A stretch of 33,174 nucleotides of DNA from the IMG/VR virus record IMGVR_UViG_3300044450_000017; one strand, given 5' to 3'. The position numbers were made by a program, and so were the translations under genes. The stretch comes from a virus. Below, piece by piece: positions 6,449-15,079 of this stretch; the first letter of the stretch is position 1; each line of letters begins with the position of its first letter. The notes under the pieces are model-generated. The model saw nothing but the letters and a program-made list of their open reading frames with translations. It did not search any database and was not told the DNA's origin.

Positions 6449-9154
6449 TTAGAACTGGTTAGCAAATGCCATATAGATATAGGTACTTGAAGTATTATTA
6501 AATCCTGTTGAAGTACTGTTAAAAGAAAAACCATTCGGCGTAAAATTTACAATAGCAGGGTCGTTTACAAATTCTTCACTTGATAAATTTGCATAAACTC
6601 TTTTGTCAGAACCTCTTTTATTATCAAGCATTTGCCAATCTCCTGTACCTCCTGTTACTCTTTTAATCATTACAAACGCAGGTTCAAAACCACAGTTTTG
6701 CTCATTAGGTATTGCTGCCCCACTGTAACTACCAAACTTACTAAATCCTGCAACCTCTGCGAAACAGTAGGCTATTGTTTCTGTATTTGCGTCAAAAGAA
6801 GTGTTAGACGTACCTCCAATTAAGCTACTTGTCATACCACTTCCCCACCACTTAAAGCTACCATTTTCAGCATTAGTATTAAATTGAAGCATATATCTAC
6901 CATTTCCACCGCTTGATAAATCTTTGTGATAAATAAACCAGTTAAAAATGTCTGTGCTTTTTGTAATTACCATAGCTGGCTCTGTGTTTAATCCGTGTCC
7001 AGCAGTAAAGTCTCCACTTGATGGAACTGTAAACTTAACAATACTAAACCCAGCAGCAGGATTTGCACTAACAACAGAAGGAATACTACCGTTACTGTTT
7101 ATAGCAGGTATTTCTGCTCCTTTCCAGTTCCAAGCAACTATGCCATTTCCATTACCGTTTGCTGAAGTTGTAGTACCTAAACTAAATCCATCTGCATCAA
7201 AAGATGTTATATGATTTGTTGTAGTATCTTCTGCATCTGTAAGACTTGAATAAAGTAGTTTAGTATTGCCTCTTACTGAATCAATTAAATTGTGGTGCTG
7301 AACGGCATCTCTATTTTTAATCCAAACAAAATCTGGTTGGAATCCAACCCCTGTAATTGAACGAGCAGTTGCATTCCCTGTATAAGTAACAGTATTAAAA
7401 CTATCTTCTAAAGTAGGTTCTACTGCGGTAGGGTCAGCAGCAAATGCCATATAGATGAAAGTGTCTCCGCTACTATTTAAACCTCCAGATGTGTTTGTTA
7501 ATTCAAATCCATTTTCTAAAAATGTTACTGGTCCATAAGCACGCTCTGCATCTGAAAGGTTAGGAGCTAAAACTAAATCAGCAACATTATTCGTAGCTCT
7601 TTTGTTGTCAAATATTGACCAATCAGAAACATTACTTGACCTTTTTATAATAACCATTGCAGGCTCAAATCCTGTTACAACAACATTTCCACTTGCTACT
7701 CCTGTACCAACATACGAACCAAAGTTAGAGAAACCTTCTACTGAATGGAAGGCATAACATATATATTCGTTATTTAAAACATTAAGAGTACTTGCTCCGC
7801 CTGTATAAAATATACTTGAATTAGGTAATGGTCTGCCTGAATCTGCTTTTGCATCAGTTTTGTTTAAATAAAGAAAATCTTGAGAGCCGTCAATAATGTC
7901 TGTATAAAAATACCAATCTAAAGGACTTGTTCTATTTTTTATAATAACAATTTCTGGAGGCAAGTTTAATCCGTGTCCAATTTCTCTTTGCGAATCTCCA
8001 CTTGTATAATCTCCCGTATAACTAACAATACTAAACCCTGCCTCTGTATTAGCAGATACTTGAGATGTTATTGTTCCATCTGTGTTTGTTACTGCTGCAC
8101 CTCCTGCTTTAAAGTTCCAAGCTACGTAGTTTTGACCGCTTTCATTTGTTCCGTTAGACACACCAAGAGAAAAACCATCAGAATCAAAAGAAGTTACATT
8201 TGTATTAGTGACTTCAGCAGATGTTTCATTACTTGAAATCATTTTATTTACCCCTCTAACAGAATCTCTTAATTGATTACCACTTATGCCTGTTCTTTCC
8301 TTTATCCAAACTAAGTCGGGTTGGAAATCAACTGAACCTACTTGGTTTAATAAAGGTGTAGATTGTGTGCCTCCATTTCCCTCATAAGTAATCGTACTAA
8401 AATGCTGACTTGGCACAATAGTAGGTGTACAATATTCTTCTGTATATAATGCTTCTACTTCGTATGGTCTTAATGCTCTGTTGAATATTCTTACTTGGTC
8501 TATTGAGCCATCTGAATAAGCAGGAGTATCAATTCTTGAAATACCTATTGTATGATTATCTATAACAGAAGGATAATCAATCCAAGATGTATTTGATGCA
8601 GTTCCAGTATTTTCATAAGTTCCTAATAATTTAGAGCCATTAACATATATTTCTTTATCTGTGTCTGTAACTTGCACTAAGATATGAACCCAATTAGTCG
8701 TTGGAGTTATATCTGCTTTATAAATTGACCTATTAGCTGTAGAACCGTCTGTAACATTTATTCTTATAAAACTTAAATCATTAAACCAACCTAATTGAAA
8801 ATAATGAAGTGCACTTGAATCATCACTTGCTCCATAAGGGAAAATCCTACTTGTTAAAGTGTTTGGTTTTATCCAAGTACTTATTGATTTTATAATATTA
8901 GATTTATTAAAAGGACTACCGCTTGGTAAAGTAATTCTACTACTCCCATCAAAAACCCCTGCTTGACCAAATACACCTGTACCATAAGTAACATTCGTAG
9001 CAGTACCATTATAGTTTCCACTAACATCAGTAGCATCTCCATTTAATTGATATAAAGCTAAACCACCACCATCGGGAAATGGGTTGTATAAATCTACTGT
9101 ATTAGTACAAGCACCGCCTCCTGCATCATTTGATTTGATTAATCTATTATTCAT
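6449..9154 (-). CDS. Large tail fibre / receptor-binding protein (901 aa) with an N-terminal ConA/LamG-like domain and a 2 x 3 array of ~100-aa repeats
   Basis: The N-terminal part has a Laminin_G_3-like pattern (GQAGVFDGSSRITLP...ISTWIKPN...DQVRIFNRAL). The rest contains six modules with the recurring pattern Y.G.G...GF(Q/E)P(D/A).V.IK.R....W...D..R...F...GF.L....Y(I/V)..AF. Confidence 0.7.
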   Translation of the reverse strand: MNNRLIKSNDAGGGACTNTVDLYNPFPDGGGLALYQLNGDATDVSGNYNGTATNVTYGTGVFGQAGVFDGSSRITLPSGSPFNKSNIIKSISTWIKPNTLTSRIFPYGASDDSSALHYFQLGWFNDLSFIRINVTDGSTANRSIYKADITPTTNWVHILVQVTDTDKEIYVNGSKLLGTYENTGTASNTSWIDYPSVIDNHTIGISRIDTPAYSDGSIDQVRIFNRALRPYEVEALYTEEYCTPTIVPSQHFSTITYEGNGGTQSTPLLNQVGSVDFQPDLVWIKERTGISGNQLRDSVRGVNKMISSNETSAEVTNTNVTSFDSDGFSLGVSNGTNESGQNYVAWNFKAGGAAVTNTDGTITSQVSANTEAGFSIVSYTGDYTSGDSQREIGHGLNLPPEIVIIKNRTSPLDWYFYTDIIDGSQDFLYLNKTDAKADSGRPLPNSSIFYTGGASTLNVLNNEYICYAFHSVEGFSNFGSYVGTGVASGNVVVTGFEPAMVIIKRSSNVSDWSIFDNKRATNNVADLVLAPNLSDAERAYGPVTFLENGFELTNTSGGLNSSGDTFIYMAFAADPTAVEPTLEDSFNTVTYTGNATARSITGVGFQPDFVWIKNRDAVQHHNLIDSVRGNTKLLYSSLTDAEDTTTNHITSFDADGFSLGTTTSANGNGNGIVAWNWKGAEIPAINSNGSIPSVVSANPAAGFSIVKFTVPSSGDFTAGHGLNTEPAMVITKSTDIFNWFIYHKDLSSGGNGRYMLQFNTNAENGSFKWWGSGMTSSLIGGTSNTSFDANTETIAYCFAEVAGFSKFGSYSGAAIPNEQNCGFEPAFVMIKRVTGGTGDWQMLDNKRGSDKRVYANLSSEEFVNDPAIVNFTPNGFSFNSTSTGFNNTSSTYIYMAFANQF

Positions 9155-9155
9155 A

Positions 9156-9713
9156 CTATTCAGTTATTGGTTCAACTTCATCTAAACTTGGCTGGGGGTA
9201 ATATGCGTGCGAGTATCTTAAAACTTCTTCTACTGTTGTTAATGCGTTAATTTCTGTCTCAAATAAGTCTGACTTAGTAATTATATCAAGTCTTTCTTCT
9301 GCTATCTCTGCTGGTATCTCAATGGCTCTTTCAGCTAATCTTGTTACATACCAATCAGTAGGGCTTAGTAATTTACCAGCCTCTGTTTTGATAGCTTGTA
9401 TCTTACTTGCTTTTAACTCTGCAATATCATAGTTAGGCTTTGTTTCAATTACATTGCCTTCCTCGTCTAATATATCGTGAGTACCTTCTAAGTCAATAGC
9501 AACTACATCGTAAGTGAATTTATCTCCATCAAAGTACATCGCAGAAAGCCTTTCGCTAATCTTATCGTATTGTGGTGTTACAACATCGTAAAACCCAAAC
9601 TGTGTTGGGTCAGCTACTTTTCTAAAGTTTAAGTGTACACCATTTTCATCTTCCCATACATTAGGTAGCCTTCTAAATGTCTTAATGTTTCCGTTAATTT
9701 CTATTGCTTTCAT
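9156..9713 (-). CDS. Tail-fibre-associated protein, DUF4376-like C-terminus (possible fibre assembly/chaperone)
   Basis: C-terminal pattern IKTEAGKLLSPTDWYVTRLAERAIEIPAEIAEERLDI and its position between two fibre genes. Confidence 0.4.
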   Translation of the reverse strand: MKAIEINGNIKTFRRLPNVWEDENGVHLNFRKVADPTQFGFYDVVTPQYDKISERLSAMYFDGDKFTYDVVAIDLEGTHDILDEEGNVIETKPNYDIAELKASKIQAIKTEAGKLLSPTDWYVTRLAERAIEIPAEIAEERLDIITKSDLFETEINALTTVEEVLRYSHAYYPQPSLDEVEPITE

Positions 9714-9716
9714 ATC

Positions 9717-10427
9717 TTATATTGCTTGTGAAATTGAAGTCCAAAATTCTCCTGCTGCAGTAACTACAACTTGGATAAAGTTAATTCCTGTGGTTGGTGT
9801 ACCTGCTATAATTTTAGTGCCTGGGGGTAAAGTAAATGTATTACCATTTGCGTTTATAACTAAATCTTTAACCATACCTACTTGAGTACCTGCATAAGTA
9901 AAATCAGTTGGTGCAGTTAAAGTTTTTGTAAATACTTGTGCAGTACTAAAATCTACGGCTGAAGCAGCTACTGCGGCGCTTGTTGTAAATTCTGCTCCTA
10001 GTTTGGCATAGGTAATAACATCATTTGCAATAGTTAATGCAGTTGCTCCTGTAACGTCTCCTGTGTGGGTTTGATTATATAAATTAGTGGCGCCTTCTGC
10101 AATGTCGTCTGAATCCAAAACAACAACTCCTGTTTGACTATTTACAGAATCTACTGGAGCAGTTGAATCAATCCAATTTGTGCCAGTACCGGTACTCGAT
10201 AAAATTTGTCCGCTTGTACCTAAATCGTCGCTACTATCTTTTATACCTCCAGTTGCTTTTACAGTACCAGCAGCTATAACATTACCGTTAGTATCTAATG
10301 TAACGCCTGTACTATTACCTAAACCATCGGTAATAACTTTACCCCCAGAAGTTAAAACATCGTTGTCGGTAGTTTTTAGCAGACCGTCATACGTACTGCT
10401 TATTGTTTGTCCAGTTAAACTTGCCAT
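9717..10427 (-). CDS. Tail fibre protein (236 aa)
   Basis: Fibre-type motifs SGQILSSTGTGTNWID and VDSVNSQTGVVVLDSDDIAEG, with Gly/Thr/Ser-rich composition. Confidence 0.65.
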   Translation of the reverse strand: MASLTGQTISSTYDGLLKTTDNDVLTSGGKVITDGLGNSTGVTLDTNGNVIAAGTVKATGGIKDSSDDLGTSGQILSSTGTGTNWIDSTAPVDSVNSQTGVVVLDSDDIAEGATNLYNQTHTGDVTGATALTIANDVITYAKLGAEFTTSAAVAASAVDFSTAQVFTKTLTAPTDFTYAGTQVGMVKDLVINANGNTFTLPPGTKIIAGTPTTGINFIQVVVTAAGEFWTSISQAI

Positions 10428-10438
10428 ATTATATTTTT

Positions 10439-10561
10439 TTATGTATTATCCCAATCAGTACTTTGGTCTTGCCAAGAATTAACCTGGTCTTGCCAAAAAT
10501 CACTAATTATAGTTATAGTTTTTTGTATTATTCTTGTTAAATTATTTCCTATGCCTAGCAT
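10439..10561 (-). CDS. Possible 40-aa ORF (MLGIGNNLTRIIQKTITIISDFWQDQVNSWQDQSTDWDNT)
   Basis: It fills the 138-nt gap between two genes, starts with ATG and contains a WQDQ repeat encoded by the direct repeat tggtcttgccaa x2. It is below the track's size cutoff. Confidence 0.3.
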   Translation of the reverse strand: MLGIGNNLTRIIQKTITIISDFWQDQVNSWQDQSTDWDNT

Positions 10562-10565
10562 AACA

Positions 10566-10838
10566 TTACCTTAAATAAGCAATCACTTTACCGCTTGTAA
10601 CATTAACATCTTCAAAATTTCCATAAATAGCCTGACCAGCAGATAGCGATAAACTTGTAATAGTTGTGTCTCCGCCATCAGTACTATTTGTCATACTAAT
10701 AACACAATCTGCTAAAACTTGTAAGGCAGCAAAATTTTCATTTGCTACACTTGTTTCGCCACTACTTAAAATTCTAAGTCCATAATCGCCAAAAGAAGCC
10801 CTTTGAAATACGCTAGTATATTGCAATTCGTTTGCCAT
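10566..10838 (-). CDS. Hypothetical protein (90 aa), probably structural
   Basis: ORF in the fibre gene neighbourhood with a canonical -7 box upstream. I recognise no family. Confidence 0.5.
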   Translation of the reverse strand: MANELQYTSVFQRASFGDYGLRILSSGETSVANENFAALQVLADCVISMTNSTDGGDTTITSLSLSAGQAIYGNFEDVNVTSGKVIAYLR

Positions 10839-10853
10839 AAATCTATTTTTTTA

Positions 10854-10861
10854 CAAAGTTA
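10854..10861 (-). promoter_or_regulatory. Canonical -7 box TAACTTTG, 15 nt upstream of the ATG at 10838
   Basis: The minus strand reads TTAACTTTGTAAAAAAATAGATTTATG. Confidence 0.35.
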
Positions 10862-10870
10862 AGCAAAAAG

Positions 10871-11305
10871 CTACAACTTAATTTTGAGCAGTAATAGGTT
10901 TACAATTACTGAAAAAATTAAAGACAATACTAACCAAATAGGCGTTCTGTATTTAATCTTTAGTGTGTCGCTTTTTTGAGTAGTATCTATCGCTTTACTT
11001 TCGTATCGCTTTTCAATACTTTGTACAATACTATCTAAGTTTATATTAGCTTGTATAACGTTGTTTTTTGATTGTATGGTAATTTGCCCTTGTGCAGTTT
11101 TTAATCGTTCCTTAAAAGGCTTTAAAACGCCTAATGAATCGCAAGGGCTTTCAATAAGTATAGTGTCATTTACCGCCTTAGTTACTATGCGGTCTTTGGT
11201 AAGTATAATTGTATCATTAACAATAACCTCCTTAGTCTGGGTTATTACTTTTTTAGCGGTACAACTTGCAAAAAGTAGTAATATTACTACGCTATATTTC
11301 AGCAT
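10871..11305 (-). CDS. Unimolecular spanin candidate (144 aa) with an N-terminal lipoprotein signal and a C-terminal TMD
   Basis: MLKYSVVILLLFASC (signal plus lipobox Cys) and a C-terminal IWLVLSLIFSVIVNLLLL. It overlaps the upstream endolysin candidate by 14 nt. Confidence 0.55.
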   Translation of the reverse strand: MLKYSVVILLLFASCTAKKVITQTKEVIVNDTIILTKDRIVTKAVNDTILIESPCDSLGVLKPFKERLKTAQGQITIQSKNNVIQANINLDSIVQSIEKRYESKAIDTTQKSDTLKIKYRTPIWLVLSLIFSVIVNLLLLKIKL

Positions 11306-11723
11306 CTTTTTTTGGTTTTGTTTTTATTTCTAAATCAAAACCTTCTGGTGCTATCTTTAATAATTTTTGCATCGTTAATTTACTGTTAGTTACATCTTTG
11401 TAACCGTCAGAGTTTAAATCAGCTAATTTTTCTCCAATTAAAATGCAACCTTTTGTTTGAGACTTAAAGTTGCCAATATGAATAAGTATAAAAGAGCGCC
11501 CAGAAACGTCTTGTATATGATAGTGTTTGTTATACCTTGCAGATTGTCTGGTTATTACTTTGTAATTACCTAAAGGTATGCAGCTTTCGTTTCTTTTATT
11601 ATCAAGCCAGGGCAATTCTAACGTTTTGCAGCTAAATAATTTATTGCCTTCTTCGTCTGTTAAAACTAATGTGCCTAAAGTTTGCGCCTCTTGTAGTTTA
11701 TCTCTTGTAATTGTTGCCTTCAT
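11292..11723 (-). CDS. Endolysin candidate, DUF5675 / YkuD (L,D-transpeptidase-fold)-like (143 aa)
   Basis: Motif SFILIHIGNFKSQTKGCILIG resembles the YkuD H-G...(S/T)-x-G-C active site. It sits between holin-like genes and the spanin candidate. Confidence 0.4.
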   Translation of the reverse strand: MKATITRDKLQEAQTLGTLVLTDEEGNKLFSCKTLELPWLDNKRNESCIPLGNYKVITRQSARYNKHYHIQDVSGRSFILIHIGNFKSQTKGCILIGEKLADLNSDGYKDVTNSKLTMQKLLKIAPEGFDLEIKTKPKKDAEI

Positions 11724-11858
11724 ATTTAAAATAAGTAGTTTTAATTATACTTAATATAACATTTATGTTATAAATAAGATACATAATTGTTTTTTTTCCG
11801 ATTAACTGCACAATTTTTAACCTATTATTTGCACACCTATATGCAAAAACTTAATAAG

Positions 11859-12068
11859 TTAAAACTTTTTATCCTTATTGTTTTTTATAATGCTTCTTAA
11901 ACCGTCAATAATAGTATCTGGCGCAAATAAAAATCCTATTCCTACAACTAACAAAATGGAAAATTGAAATACTTTACTGTCTTGTACAATAAAAATATAA
12001 GCAATTCCAGCTCCTATAATTAGCAAACCTAAAACAGTAGTTTTCCAACCGGCAACGATATTTTTCAT
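11859..12068 (-). CDS. Holin-like membrane protein (69 aa, two TMDs, basic C-terminus)
   Basis: TVLGLLIIGAGIAYIFIV and FSILLVVGIGFLFA are followed by KNNKDKKF. Confidence 0.5.
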   Translation of the reverse strand: MKNIVAGWKTTVLGLLIIGAGIAYIFIVQDSKVFQFSILLVVGIGFLFAPDTIIDGLRSIIKNNKDKKF

Positions 12069-12140
12069 AATAAAAATAAATTATAAATGGCGCCTACAAC
12101 ACCAACAACCCAAATTATAAATAATATATAACAAAAATAT

Positions 12141-12434
12141 TTAAGAAGCGTGTATGTCATCTCGCACTTCTTTAGTTTTTCTAACAATACCGTTTTTAAC
12201 AATAGTATTTGCGCTACCTTTTTTATCCAATGCTTTACCCTTGGCGGCATCATCTTGTATTTTTAACTCTTTTTTTAACTTACGTTCCTCATTCATTATA
12301 TACCATTTTTGCAAGGTGTAACCAATAGCAACCGCAGTAAGTAATAATTTTAATGTTATATCTATTTGAGTAAAGTTAAAAGCCATTGCAATCGTGTTTA
12401 GGCCGTAAATTTTAAGGTCGTTAATTGTAGTCAT
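12141..12434 (-). CDS. Holin/antiholin-like membrane protein (97 aa)
   Basis: An N-terminal hydrophobic stretch (LNTIAMAFNF...LKLLLTAVAIGYTL) is followed by a long, highly charged C-terminal tail. Confidence 0.45.
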   Translation of the reverse strand: MTTINDLKIYGLNTIAMAFNFTQIDITLKLLLTAVAIGYTLQKWYIMNEERKLKKELKIQDDAAKGKALDKKGSANTIVKNGIVRKTKEVRDDIHAS

Positions 12435-12435
12435 T

Positions 12436-13029
12436 TTATAAGTCTTTGTGCTTTTGTGTGCATTGAATAAAATATATTACATCGTAAATATTTCCATTAT
12501 GAGAACTTTTAACTTTTAAAGAAAGCCCATTTGTTATAACATCGCTATCGGCGTAATATGGTAAGTTAATAGCAAACGTATGCTCAATATCGTTACCCTT
12601 TGGAAATACTACGGTTTGGTGTACCCTTTCATAAGGTGTGCCATTTCCGCCTTCCATAAAAATATCTAAAAACCCATTAGCGTTTGAAATCTTAGCCTTA
12701 AATGCAAAGGTCAAAAAATAAACATCGTTTTCGCTTTCAGCTTTTATCTTTTGCGTATCTGCATCGTAAAAAGGTACGGTACTATGTATATGGTCATTTA
12801 TTACACTGCCGGCGTTATTTGAAACAGTAAAAGACGTTTCTCCTGTCATTACATAAGGCGCAGCGCTAGTATATTGTGTATCGTCATATCTAGCCCAACC
12901 AACTCGTTCGTCATATAAAACATTAACGCTTGCTTTTATCTCGTTAAGATTGTCAGCAGTTACTTTATTTATAGAAGGTAATTCGCTAACCTGGTTATCT
13001 ATTTTGGTAGTATATGTAATTTGTGCCAT
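12436..13029 (-). CDS. Hypothetical structural protein (197 aa), fibre/neck-appendage-like N-terminus
   Basis: The N-terminal KVTADNLNEIKASVNVLY pattern is common in fibre-type proteins. It follows the tail terminator gene with a 1-nt gap. Confidence 0.35.
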   Translation of the reverse strand: MAQITYTTKIDNQVSELPSINKVTADNLNEIKASVNVLYDERVGWARYDDTQYTSAAPYVMTGETSFTVSNNAGSVINDHIHSTVPFYDADTQKIKAESENDVYFLTFAFKAKISNANGFLDIFMEGGNGTPYERVHQTVVFPKGNDIEHTFAINLPYYADSDVITNGLSLKVKSSHNGNIYDVIYFIQCTQKHKDL

Positions 13030-13030
13030 A

Positions 13031-13516
13031 TTAACTTTGTAATTCTATTTGTAATTTATTTTGCAAGCCACCGGTTTTATCTATTGGCTCAACTCTATTT
13101 GACAATTCTAATATTGCCCTATAATATGTATGGTCTTTTAAATCGTCTTGTAAATACGTAATGCCCTCATTGACGCTAGTATAAACATTAAATCCAGCAG
13201 CAGTTAAATCTAAATAATCCGCAGACCTTGTACGTAGCAAAGATAATATTTTTGAAATTGCTAAATTACAGTCAAGTTCCCCACCATTGTCGCCAACAAA
13301 CCTTGTAACAACTTCAACCCTGGTAATCAACTCCATTGTTAGGCTGCTTTGGTTTTGGTCTATTTCGTTATTAGAAACGCTATAAACTATAACATAAGGC
13401 GCCTTGGCATTGCTCGGTACTCTGTTATAAACCGGCAAAGCCTTGTTGTTTATTAAAACCTGTCCATTTAACCTTTCAATTATTGCCTTGCGTAAGTAAT
13501 GTATTGCCTCTAGCAT
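13031..13516 (-). CDS. Tail terminator / tail completion protein (DUF3168-like, 161 aa)
   Basis: Pattern IIERLNGQV...LPVYNRVPSNAKAPYVIV and gene order after the gp10-like protein. Confidence 0.5.
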   Translation of the reverse strand: MLEAIHYLRKAIIERLNGQVLINNKALPVYNRVPSNAKAPYVIVYSVSNNEIDQNQSSLTMELITRVEVVTRFVGDNGGELDCNLAISKILSLLRTRSADYLDLTAAGFNVYTSVNEGITYLQDDLKDHTYYRAILELSNRVEPIDKTGGLQNKLQIELQS

Positions 13517-13956
13517 TATTTAGTTAATTTTTTAATTCTGTTATTTATATCAATCATACCTTTTGCCAATGCTATTCGCAAAGAACTAAAAAAGAACGGC
13601 CTCGCTGGTAAATTAACCTCTCTAATGCCATTACCTTTAAATTGCGCTGCATAACTTGCAGGTATGCCTAATTCCTCCATTTCGCTAAGGTTTACAAGCC
13701 TGCCAGTCCCATATTCTACATAAGGCGCATATTTTACGCTTGCTTTAAAAACAACAGTATTTTTGTCTGCTTTACTAGCCGATATACTCCTTTTTAAATC
13801 TCCGTTATCAACAACGACATTTTGTTTTGCTATTCTAGCAGCGTCAAAAGCTACAGTAGCTAAAGCATTGCTTAACTCTTGTTCGCTTAAACCTTTAAGT
13901 CTAGCGATTTTTTTGTTAAGCGCCTTTAAATGTGGCTGGCTAATTTTAGCTTGCAT
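13516..13956 (-). CDS. HK97 gp10-like head-tail joining protein (146 aa)
   Basis: Motif AARIAKQNVVVDNGDLKRSI plus gene order. Confidence 0.65.
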   Translation of the reverse strand: MQAKISQPHLKALNKKIARLKGLSEQELSNALATVAFDAARIAKQNVVVDNGDLKRSISASKADKNTVVFKASVKYAPYVEYGTGRLVNLSEMEELGIPASYAAQFKGNGIREVNLPARPFFFSSLRIALAKGMIDINNRIKKLTK

Positions 13957-14282
13957 TATTCTACTTTTGTGGCCATTAGCGTCGTATAAAAATCCAATGT
14001 GCTTTCGAACTTATCATTTATACGGTAATTACCTGTTTGATTGCTTACAACTATTGTATCGCCAATTTCTATTTTGTCTGCGCTTTTTTTACGCATAGTG
14101 ATTTTAATTTCTGTACTTAGAGCGCGTTTGCCGCTTATTGTATCTATTTCGCCCTTTATAACATCAACGTCTGCCCAAAAACCTATATTGTATTCGGCAG
14201 TGTTATTCCATCCACCAAATTCGTCTTGAACCCTAGTATATTTTGTTACTGTAATTCTTTTATTTAGCTTGCCTGCCTGCAT
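13956..14282 (-). CDS. Head closure / head-tail adaptor protein (108 aa)
   Basis: Pattern LNKRITV...QDEFGGW...FWADVDVIKGEI is typical of SPP1 gp16/Phage_H_T_join proteins. Confidence 0.65.
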   Translation of the reverse strand: MQAGKLNKRITVTKYTRVQDEFGGWNNTAEYNIGFWADVDVIKGEIDTISGKRALSTEIKITMRKKSADKIEIGDTIVVSNQTGNYRINDKFESTLDFYTTLMATKVE

Positions 14283-14283
14283 A

Positions 14284-14796
14284 TTATATAAACATTGTTT
14301 TATATCCTGCCAATATGCTTTTTACATCGCTAGGCACTTTTTCTAAATCGCCTGTTGTTAAAGAGTAGTCAGCCCTATTATCGTAATACGTGCTAACCAA
14401 CTGCAATAAGGCTTGCTTTATTAATCCGTCGTTTATTCCGGTAGTCGTATAAGTAACCTTTACGTTGTCGGCAGGGCCACCGTCTAATTCAATGCTTAAA
14501 TCGTCTAAACCGTATTCAGTATACTCTGCGGCGTTGCCATTAATTAAAACAGATACAACGCTTGCAATAGGCGCAAAAGGTAAATCAAACATACCGTTAG
14601 TGCTAGGTAAATAGTAGGTTCTATTTTTAGGTACAATATCTCTACTTATATAATTCTCGCACCAAATACGTGCCTGGGTAATCATATTAGTTATAATGGC
14701 GTTGTCCTCGTCGCTATCAATACGAACGTAGTTCTTTACGTCCCCTAATGTAATTATTTCGTTGCCTAGTAAACTATTTACTTTTATTTGTCGCAT
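14284..14796 (-). CDS. gp6-like head-tail connector protein (170 aa)
   Basis: N-terminal pattern LGDVKNYVRIDSDEDNAIITNMITQARIWCENYISRDI. Confidence 0.65.
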   Translation of the reverse strand: MRQIKVNSLLGNEIITLGDVKNYVRIDSDEDNAIITNMITQARIWCENYISRDIVPKNRTYYLPSTNGMFDLPFAPIASVVSVLINGNAAEYTEYGLDDLSIELDGGPADNVKVTYTTTGINDGLIKQALLQLVSTYYDNRADYSLTTGDLEKVPSDVKSILAGYKTMFI

Positions 14797-14799
14797 TGC

Positions 14800-14994
14800 T
14801 TATTTCTTTTTAGTTCTGCGTCTTTTAGGCGCTTTATCTTCTTTAGTTTCAATAGCAACCTTTTGCTCTTTATGCTCAATGGCTATTCCGACGGCTAAAT
14901 AATGCCTAGCAGTATCGTCTTTAACTTCTACAATAGTATTTTTTTTATGCACTTGGTTGCCGTCAACAACACTTTTTAACATTAATAATTTCAT
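14800..14994 (-). CDS. Hypothetical protein (64 aa, Lys/Arg-rich C-terminus); start revised to the ATG at 14994
   Basis: The track's longer version uses a TTG start and would span a terminator (15018..15047) and a promoter-like motif (15003..15017). The ATG at 14992-14994 lies 8 nt after that motif. Confidence 0.5.
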   Translation of the reverse strand: MKLLMLKSVVDGNQVHKKNTIVEVKDDTARHYLAVGIAIEHKEQKVAIETKEDKAPKRRRTKKK

Positions 14995-15002
14995 TGTATT
15001 TA

Positions 15003-15017
15003 TTTTTTGTAAAGATA
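15003..15017 (-). promoter_or_regulatory. Recurrent motif TATCTTTACAAAAAA, 8 nt upstream of the ATG at 14994
   Basis: Same motif family as 6337, 18057, 20613 and 23433. Confidence 0.4.
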
Positions 15018-15047
15018 AAAAAAAAGGCACTACCAAAAGATAGCGCC
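15018..15047 (-). terminator. Rho-independent terminator after the endonuclease gene
   Basis: Minus-strand RNA is GGCGCUAUC-UUUU-GGUAGUGCC (9 bp including two G-U) followed by U9. Confidence 0.65.
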
Positions 15048-15079
15048 CTTACCATTAACTAAACTGAATTTATTATGAA

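Noticed and set aside
6449-9154. A diversity-generating retroelement targeting the repeated fibre modules.
   Set aside because: There is no reverse transcriptase gene in the genome. There is also no near-identical template/variable repeat pair at the DNA level, because the module copies are strongly diverged.
11755-11772. The palindrome TATAACAT-TT-ATGTTATA, and the nearby inverted repeat TTTGCA-N8-TGCAAA (11828..11847), in the 135-nt gap upstream of the endolysin candidate.
   Set aside because: Short AT-rich palindromes are expected by chance in such an AT-rich spacer. They might be an operator, but nothing else supports that.
12065-12253. A 62-aa ORF overlapping the 3' end of the 97-aa membrane protein gene.
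   Set aside because: Its first 31 codons overlap the better-supported ORF in another frame. Only the distal 31 codons (12065..12160, MTYTLLKYFCYILFIIWVVGVVGAIYNLFLL, a single TMD) could be a real micro-gene, and I cannot support that from sequence alone.
14995-15036. The N-terminal extension (MVVPFFLSLQKINT) of the 78-aa ORF in the track.
   Set aside because: It uses a TTG start and would be translated through a terminator hairpin and a promoter-like motif. The ATG at 14994 is the parsimonious start.
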